From NCBI GenBank assembly GCA_964234715.1, contig OZ174282.1: a DNA stretch of 64,000 nucleotides. One strand, 5' to 3'. The stretch's first letter is position 1. The number at the start of each line of letters is the position of its first letter. A program made the position numbers and the translations under genes. The notes beneath the pieces were generated by a model, which was not told the DNA's origin, did not search any database, and saw only the letters and a program-made list of their open reading frames with translations. This stretch comes from Podarcis melisellensis (taxonomy: Eukaryota). Shown piece by piece: positions 55,957 through 64,000 of the stretch.

Positions 55957-56262
55957 ATGTCCTTGGGCTCAGCAGCACCCGGACAAATGCCACATGCTGG
56001 CACGAACACAATGGCTTCCTCTGTACCTGCTCCCTGCACCCCAGCCCTCCAGGCCAGCTCCAGTGGCATTTGGGTGGGGAGGTCCTCAGTGGGAATGATA
56101 CTAATGGGAACCTGCAGGTCTCTTCCTGGGTCCGAGGGAAGGAGGCCACCAGCTTCTTAAACTGGACAGGAACCCTAGATGGAGACCTTACCATCATCTG
56201 TCTTGGGATAAGCCCTTTTGGAAACCACACTCTGCAGTTTCTGCTAAACTCCACTACAACAG
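55957..56262 (+). CDS. Siglec-like membrane-proximal Ig domain exon
   Basis: TCWHEHNGFLCTCSLHPSPPGQLQWHLGGEVLSGN...TSFLNW...LTIICLGISPFG resembles the Siglec/MAG CSWEAEGLHCSC..PAPSL.W domain; TTCCAG acceptor, G|GTAATG donor, 306 nt, open frame. Confidence 0.85.
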
Positions 56263-58057
56263 GTAATGAAGTGGACGCCAGTCTTTAGTGGTTGCATCCA
56301 ACTAAGTTCTACTCAGAGAAGTCCCATTGGATAGACCTAAGTGAATTTTAATGGCTCCACTCTATGTAGGACTGGTCATAGATACAACCCTAGGAATTTT
56401 AAGGACTGCTTAAGCACAGTGGGGGTACAAATGACTATTTGTGGGTACAGCTTGTCTAACTGATGCAAGAACCTTTTAATGAACACATACAGGCCACATT
56501 TGATCATCTGATTGTTGTTCGTTCGTTCCTTCATTATTTTATTTGTTTCCCTCTTTTCCACAAAAGAAATCATGCTCAAAGCAGCTTGTAACAACGGAAA
56601 CAGGAATATAGTGGTATCTTGCTTCCTGAACTCAATCCGTTTTGGAAGTCCATTTCACTTCCAAAATGTTAGCAAACCAAGGCATGGCTTCTGATTGGCC
56701 CCAGAAACAATGCCGACAGACATAAAGGACATTTGGCTTCCAAAAAAAAATCCGCAAACCGGAACACTCATTTCCATATTTGCAGCGTTCGGGGGCCGAT
56801 TTGTTTGGGAGCCAAGCCGTTCAGGAGCCAAGGTACCACTGTGCATCTCAAAATCAAGCGTTACAAGAGCAATTTCATAATAAAACTGCAACATAATAGC
56901 AAATATAACAGCATATTTTAAAACGACAAAATTCCAATACTATAAATATAGCAAGATAGCATTAGCAACATTACACCTCCTGGCAATAGGAAAAGTAATA
57001 AGAGAGCATGACAGTTTCACCAGTTTCACTTGCAACTGTAACTTCAGCAAAAGCACAATTTCAAAGAGTCTGTTTACTCGGGCTACTAAAGGCAACCCAG
57101 TTTACCTCGGGATCAAGGCATTTTTCTGGGACCCACATTAGCTTCTGCATTTGCATTGCAAATTACGTGGCTAGTTTAAGCCAGTTGGAATATTGCTTTT
57201 TAAAAAGAAGTTAAACCAGGAAAGTGAATTGGAGATAAAACGAAGGATACTGCTTCTCTGCAGGGATTCATTTGTTTATTTTGTTTATGTGTTTATACCA
57301 GTCTTCATAAAAATAAAAATCCCAAGGACAGTTTCTACCTCCCTCCTGTTAAATTAACAAAATACACAATAAAGCAGTAAAACGTATACTGACAATCAAG
57401 TAAATAGTCCTGCCATTACAGAATCCAAACCATTAAAGAAAACTAGGGCAGGAATCCTAATATAAAACCAAACAGCATTACTCTGGCTTAAAGAGCTGTG
57501 TTTTCATGCTATGCCATGCCTGAAACTCAACAAGGAGGGAGCCAACTGTACCCTTAGGGGGAGACAGTTCCATGGATGGAGTAACACAACTGAAAAGGTC
57601 CTCTGCACATTACAGCACCATGAGCTATGCTCATCAGTGGGATCAGAGGGTCTCCTCTGCAGATCTTAAAGCGCAGGCTAGCGGGTAGTGAGAGAAGAGT
57701 TCCTGCAAGTATACGATACTCGCTAGAGTGCTTCTCTGGCTTTTTGGAACCAGAGCACAACACTTAGCTTTTCTATTTGTTGTGATGAGAATGAGAGTCT
57801 GAGCGTTGGGCTTCTGCGCTGCTCAGGCGTCTTTGTATGGGAGAGAAGGAAGCTCAAACCTTTTGTTTGGGGCTTATAACAAAACCACAGTTTCCTGTTC
57901 GGAATATGAGGAACTGTAGTTTGTACAAACCACAATCACCAAGATCCAGATTCCCAGATGCTCTCATGGTGGTGATGGTCTGTACTGGAGTCCTGGGGTT
58001 CTCTAAACACTATTGTACTTCTCTGATCTTCTATTCAATCTTTCTTTATCCTCACAG

Positions 58058-58143
58058 GAGTCCATAATGAGGGCCTGACTGTAGAGTCTGGACAACTGAA
58101 CGATAGTCTTCTCTCCCTGTTAGCCCTTTTACTGATGAAGTAA
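58058..58143 (+). CDS. Candidate Siglec TM-position exon (GVHNEGLTVESGQLNDSLLSLLALLLMK)
   Basis: Pyrimidine tract + CACAG acceptor, phase-1 entry; GTAAGT donor after 58139 (phase 2), or read-through to TAA at 58141-58143. Confidence 0.5.
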
Positions 58144-58575
58144 GTGGTTCTTCTTCTGGCTTTGATGCTTGCCTTGGCAGTCAGTTTGACTGAAAAACAA
58201 GACAGATATTGAGGAAATGACAACAGCAACAATCAGTCAATCAATTCATTACAATCAATAGGTTAGAAATAAAAAAGTGTACTGTACACAAGAATCTCAG
58301 AGCAAAACAGAATTCCACATGCAACATAAGAGCCATCACATAAAACTACAGTAATTTCGAATTAGTCCCTGAACAAGTAGTTCATTGCTACTTGTAGAAA
58401 TTTAGCTACTGCCAGTGATTTCTCTGGGTCTTAATTTTCCATTAGGTATTTAACATAAAATGGAACTGACCTCCCTACGAGTTTGGTCAGCAAAGGGTCA
58501 ATGGTATGCTGTTCATCTGCAGCAAAGAAATTACAGAACAGGAAGACATGTTGTATAGATTCTACTTCCCAAGTA

Positions 58576-58956
58576 GGTGACACAGGTGGCGCTATGGTCT
58601 AAACCACTGAGCCTCTTGGGTTTGCCTATCCGAAGGATGGTGGTTCGAATCCCCACAATGAGGTGAGCTCCTATTGCTCTGTCCCAGCTCCTGCCAACCT
58701 AGCAGTTTGAAAGCATGCTAGTGCAAGTAGATAAATAGGTACCTCTGCATCGGGAAGGTAATAGGCGTTTCTGTGCGCTCTGGTTTCCATCACGGTGCTT
58801 TGTTGCACCAGAAGCGGTTTAGTCATGCTGGTCACATGACCCGGAAAGCTGTCTGGACAAATACCGGCTTCCTCAGCCTGAAAGGGAGATGAGTGCCCCA
58901 ATCCCATAGTTGCCTTTGGCTGGACTTAACCGTCCAGGGGTCCTTTACCTTTACCT
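58576..58956 (+). mobile_element. Sauria-type SINE
   Basis: Same core and tail as the 25614 copy; TSD TACTTCCCAAGTA/TACTTCCTGAGTA. Confidence 0.85.
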
Positions 58957-59190
58957 TACTTCCTGAGTACTAAAAGGGAAAGAAGGGTTCCACTGTACCT
59001 GTCCTGTAGCACAATAGCAGTAAGAATTTACCAACCCTCCTCCTCAGTCCTCAAAGCATTGTTTTCCAAGCTGGAAAAAAAGTATAAATCAGCTGCATAT
59101 TAGCAAAATATTGGAGTATGTCACCTATTGAGCTAAAATGACAAAGGCTGCGATTGTATGTTCAGTTAACTAGAGACTATGTTCTTAATT

Positions 59191-59547
59191 AGGGGATGCG
59201 GGTGGCACTGTGGTGTAAACCACTGAGCCTTGGGCTTGCCGATCAGATGGTCGGCGGTTCGAACCCCCACCACGGGCTGAGCTCCCGTTGCTCTGTCCCA
59301 GCTCCTGCCCACCTAGCAGTTCAAAAGCACATCAAGTGCAAGTAGATAAATAGGTACCGCTCTGGTGGGAAGGTAAACTATGTTTCCGTGCGCTGCTCTG
59401 GTTCGCCAGAAGCGGCTTAGTCATGCTAGCCACATGACTCAGAAGTTGTCTGTGGACAATCCCGGCTCCCTCAGCCTATAGAGCGAGATGAGCGCTGCAA
59501 CCCCAGAGTTGTCTGTGACTGAACCTAATGGTCAGGGGTACCTTTAC
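59191..59547 (+). mobile_element. Sauria-type SINE
   Basis: Full head and tail; 14-bp TSD CTATGTTCTTAATT. Confidence 0.88.
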
Positions 59548-60122
59548 CTATGTTCTTAATTTGAGCTTGGATTGGTGTCACTGTTCATTGAATATGTTGT
59601 GACCCACTTTGAACGCAAGTGTAAGGGAATGGGGCGTACAAATACAAACTGATGATCCACACCCGGCTCTTCTTATATTCTTAATCTCTCCATCGTATTG
59701 TTCTGTAGGGTGTTGATATGCTGTTTCTTCTTTTTGACGCTTTTTGGGATCCGAACAAGAGGAAAACTCCACTGATGCAAGAGGTTCCAACGAAGTGCTA
59801 AGGAGGATGCATGTTTTTCCTCTGTGGGAAAGGCAATGCGATCACATGCATACGTGGCCATTCTTGAATTCTGCTGCCTCAAGGAATGACATCATGCCAA
59901 TGCAGAGAGAAGCTCCAAGGCACACGTACAAGGTCACATGCACCCAAGATTAAACCGAATGAGCGGCAGCTTTGGGGGCTCATGCCTCTTAATTACAAAT
60001 GTAGATTAGCTTTGCAGTTCTATACGCAGCCACGTACTGGAATAGTTTTTACCAGACTTCATGCACTCAGCTTGTAAATATAGCATTGGACTATTATGTG
60101 ACCAGCCCACATGAGGTCATTC

Positions 60123-60712
60123 CAGTGCCGGATTTACGTATAAGCTAAACAAGCTATAGCTTAGGGCCCCACTCTCTTGGGAGGTCCCCCATTTTTTTTT
60201 TAAAGGAAAACAAAACTGGATGTACATTTCCAAAATATAAGATAAAAAACAAACAAATTAAAACCTACATACAGCAACAGTGTTTTGTGTGGTGTAGGCT
60301 CCTATGAGACTCTAAGTTATTGAAGGTAATGGGGGCCCTTATATGTCCAGCTGTCCTTTGTCAACAACAAATTGTCTCTGTTTTTTGTGTTGAATATATG
60401 CTATATTTATGGACCTAATAGGTATCTAAAGCTATTTGCACATGCAGAATGTAGGCACCCTATATATAGAAATGAGCAAACCAGTGATATCAGGGAGCAG
60501 GCTAGCAGGCAGGGCCCATTACTTACATCATAGGAGCCTACACAACACAAAACACTGTTGCTCTATGTAGGTTTTATTTTATTTGGGGTTTTTATCTTAT
60601 ATTTTGGAAACGTGCATCCAGTTGTTGTTTCTCCTTTAAATTTTTTGGGAGGCCCCCAAGAGAGTGGGGCCCTAAACTATAGCTTGTTTAGCTTACATGT
60701 AAATCCAGCATG
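60123..60712. mobile_element. Long-inverted-repeat (foldback-like) MITE
   Basis: Arms of ~180 bp beginning CAGTGCCGGATTTAC..AAGCTAAACAAGCTATAG, mirrored at the right end. Confidence 0.75.
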
Positions 60713-61033
60713 GACTGTGGTACACTTCTGGTCATGTCACCTCAGGAAAGATCATGCAAAGTTGAAAAGAGGAACCAGAATGATGAAGCGGTTTTGAGAA
60801 AAGATGTGTAAGACGGGATCTGATGTAAGTTTAAAAAATTGCACGTGACATGGAGAAAAGTGGGAAAGGAAAAGCTTTTCTCCCATGCACATAACACTTG
60901 AACTTGCGCACATGCCTGGATAGCTCAGTTGGTTAGAGTGTGGTGCTGATAACGCCAAGGCTGCAGGTTCGATCCCCATATGAGATGGCTACCTATTCCT
61001 GAATTGCAAGAGGGTGGACTAGGTCATCCTCAG

Positions 61034-61277
61034 TGTTATGTATTGAAGTTCTCACCCTGGCTACCAGGAGTATCGTGTATGTAGTTTTCACTCAGGTCCA
61101 TGTCAGTTACTTTAGGCGGGAAACCCTGGGTTGTTGTTGCTACAATGTTGACAGCCAGCTGCCTATAAAAGCAAGCCGGCTGAGCTTTTTGATGTTCAGT
61201 TCTGTTCCAGCTTACAAATAAAGAGCTGCTTTGAAGAAATCGCTGCGTCGTCTGATATGTTCACCCACAACTTAACA
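61034..61277 (+). mobile_element. Solo LTR (244 bp) inserted in a tRNA(Ile)-derived SINE
   Basis: TGTTA...TAACA termini, CCTATAAAAG TATA, AATAAA; 5-bp TSD CTCAG (61029-61033, 61278-61282). Confidence 0.85.
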
Positions 61278-61704
61278 CTCAGGGTCCCTTCCAACTCTGA
61301 AATTCTATGGTTGTGTATGCAATGAAGTTGAATGTTGAAAGATTCAGGAAAGATAGAAGAAATTATTTTCTGTTGTTAAAGTTGCAAAACATCAAAGCAT
61401 GGGATGGAGCAATGGATAAATTTCTGAAACAACAATGGGATATCAGCTCCACCCAAGGCATGATGGAGAACAGCAACAACTGGGAAAAGATAGACATAAC
61501 ATTTTACAAAAACCCTTGACAGTAAAGATGCATTTTAAATAAAAGGACACATTCTATTCATATAAAAACATGCTGATTCGCGGACCGTCCATGGGCTGGA
61601 TTGAGAAGGCAATTGGGGTGGATCCCAGGCCTCAGTTTGCCTACCCATGGTCTAAAGTATGTAAACCTTCCAAAAGTACTTAAAAAAACAAAAAAACAAA
61701 ACTA

Positions 61705-62460
61705 GAGTCCTTTTCATTGGGAATAATTCAGATGGAAATTCCCAGGTGTCAGAAAAGGTTATTTATGTATGCCACTACTGCAGTCCATGTTTTGTTAGCC
61801 CCCAAATGGAAAATGAGCGAGGTCCCAACCAAAGAAGAATGGCAACTTAAGCTGATGGACTATGCACAGCTTCAGACTCAAAATACAGTCATACCTCATG
61901 TTACGTTTGCTTCATGCTACAATTTTTCAGGTTGCATCCCATGGCGTCCCGAAAGTACCAGAAAGGGTTACTTCTGGGTTTCGCCATTCGCACATGCGCA
62001 GAAGTGCTAAATGGTGCTTCGCGCATGCGCACAAGCACCAAATCACACCACACACCTGCACAGATACAGCGCTTCAGGTTGTGGGCTTTTCATGTTGTGA
62101 ACAGGCCTCGGGAACGGATCCTGTTTGGACCAGAGGTACCACTGTATAGGATAAGAGAACAGGAAGAACATACTTTTAGAGAAGATTGGGAAATATTGGA
62201 AGATTGGAATATATGGGGGGAAATTGTGTACACTGGAAAACGTTGGCAGAATTGAGATAAATTCAACAGTGTAAATAAGTTTTGATGGATGTAACAATGG
62301 AATACCGAATGGTTTAGTTTATGTAAAATATGAAGGGATTTATGATATGCAGAATGAACCATGGAAAGAGAAGAAGGGAAGTCACTGATATCTTAAGGAT
62401 GTTTATATGAGTCTTCTAAATTGTAAAACAGGAAATTTAATAAAAATTATATATAAAAAA
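61705..62460 (+). mobile_element. L1-clade 3' fragment interrupted by a TA-site MITE; another L1 3' fragment at ~63233-63690
   Basis: LFMYATTA..LLA.KWK..VPTKEEWQ is homologous to the 2080 element; A-rich tail. Confidence 0.75.
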
Positions 62461-63842
62461 TAAAGTATGTAAATCTTCCAGATGGGGTCTAAACTTCAGT
62501 GGAGGCCCTGACCAGCCAGGTGCTATGTACTTCCCAGTTGGAGTCGCTCTGTTGTTATTCCCTGGAACTCCCAATCACTGAATGGGGGTAGTATCTTATC
62601 TTGCTTGTGTTACGTTATTCCGCTTTAAGACTGTTTCACTGCTTTTCATTTTGTATTATACCCGCTACTTAATAAAAGCACTGAACTTCTCTCCACAGGT
62701 GTCATTATTGCTGCTGAATCCAAAAGAACTCTTGCCTTTGGCAAAACTTTCAGATGGGTGATTTGTCATAACATCTATATTCTTTGGTTTCCTTTTTATT
62801 ATTTCCTATTAAGATCCTGCCTAGTGCTTATTTTGTTTCCTTTGCGTGAAAGGACATGGTCCTAGTGAGAAATGACCCAAAAAATGATCTTGCTTGTTTC
62901 CCAAATTCTAAGTTTCTCTTTCTAGCGTTTATGCAGAACCCACCCTTCTTATAGGAGAAGTTTATTAAATTTTGCTGACAACACCAGATTGCTGTCCTAA
63001 TCTTTACATAAAGTATTAAGGAAGTTTTAGCTGTGATTTCCAGGACACGTCTGAGATAAGAACTAGCACCAGGGTCAAGAAAATTAATGGAGGGGTATAT
63101 TTTATACTAGCTCTTCTGGTGCCATGATCTACAGAAATGAACCACACCAAAAATTCAGATTGACACACGCTATTACACAGGGACCAGCCCTATTTTAAAA
63201 TTAGGGGTTCCCTCCCTGATCACCGAAAAAATGTTGTTTTCACGGCTGCATGGATTTCACTGGCCCAGAGATGGAAAGAAGATAAAGTTCCTACCAGAGA
63301 AGAATGGCAGATGAAGCTAATGGATTATGCTGAAATGGCTAAAATGACTGGAAGAATCAGAAATCAGGAAGACCAAAATTTAAAAAAAGAATGGGGAAAA
63401 TTGATAACATGTCTTAAAGACCACTGTAATCAGTTAAAATCATTGGTAGCGTTGGAATATCACTTGTAGCCTAAGGTCAAATTCTGGACATAATGGAAGA
63501 GGTAAAGGTTTGGATTATTATAAAAGATGCGGGAGGAATTGATGAATAATAGGACCCACAAAGGGGAGGATGGAAGTCCAGGAGATTCCTTGTAATCTTG
63601 TTTTTTTGATTTATGCTTGATATATCTCTATAAAATTTTAAGTTGAAAAATCAAATAAATATTTTGTTAAACAAAAAATAAAAAATATTGTTTTCATTTA
63701 TTTATACAAGAATAAACAATCAACCCTATTAAACATGTGGTTGCAGAGGTAGATTTAGGGGAGCACAAGCGAAGTAGCCACACTGGGTGCACAGACAATG
63801 AGGGTTTCTTCTCAAAGCCCAGTAAGCAAGTATCTACTTGCT

Positions 63843-64000
63843 TAGAGAATAACTTGCACCTAAATATTAGTAAGACAAAGGAGATGGTGTTGGACTTCTG
63901 GAGGAAGAGAGGGGAACCTGCCCCATTGTATATTGGGGGGGCTGTGTGGAGAGAGTCTCCTCCTTTAAATACCTGGGAGTTTACCTTAGTAAGGACTTCA
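63843..64000 (+). mobile_element. Rex1/Babar-type LINE reverse-transcriptase fragment (runs off the window)
   Basis: NNLHLNISKTKEMVLDF...VERVSSFKYLGVYLS with a frameshift. Confidence 0.7.

Noticed and set aside
60914-60990. Apparent tRNA-Ile gene with GAT anticodon (also at ~29890, ~38136, ~43638)
   Set aside because: The acceptor stem does not pair and each copy continues into a CR1-like tail, so these are SINE heads, not tRNA genes.
62699-62864. Hydrophobic frame after a good acceptor as the true Siglec TM exon
   Set aside because: In phase 1 it reads GVIIAAESKRT...ILWFPFYYFLLRSCLVLILFP, an atypical, T-rich, intron-like sequence interrupted by charged residues; it cannot be supported without transcript data.

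Overview
Eukaryotic, intron-rich vertebrate DNA. Sauria-type SINEs, BovB/RTE, L2, CR1 tails and many hAT/Tc1-mariner MITEs point to a squamate, probably a lacertid lizard (inference). Three genes can be reconstructed by hand. (1) A complete 15-exon PPP2R1A (PP2A scaffold A-alpha; CDS 3861..21161, 1770 nt = 589 aa + stop, all introns GT-AG) with a CpG-island promoter rich in CCAAT boxes. (2) A single-coding-exon chemoattractant GPCR of the FPR/CMKLR1/C3AR group on the minus strand (32766..33728). (3) A CD33-related Siglec-like gene on the plus strand (51520..~58143) with an intact V-set domain and an intact membrane-proximal Ig domain, but a decayed C2 exon and a very short hydrophobic tail. 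The PPP2R1A-FPR-SIGLEC neighbourhood resembles human 19q13.41. The most unusual object is a 1467-bp composite hAT element in PPP2R1A intron 3 (8994..10460) with perfect 15-bp TIRs, a perfect 8-bp TSD and an extra internal right end. Its cargo is GC/CpG-rich DNA that looks like promoter and first-exon fragments, i.e. a Pack-type, promoter-capturing transposon. Also notable: a ~42-bp phased CCAAT array, a young L1 fragment abutting the promoter, an orphan homeodomain-motif-rich CpG island, four solo LTRs with 5-bp TSDs, and a MITE inserted in inverted orientation into a copy of itself. There is a 169-bp N gap at 51972..52140. All calls are by eye, with no database searches.
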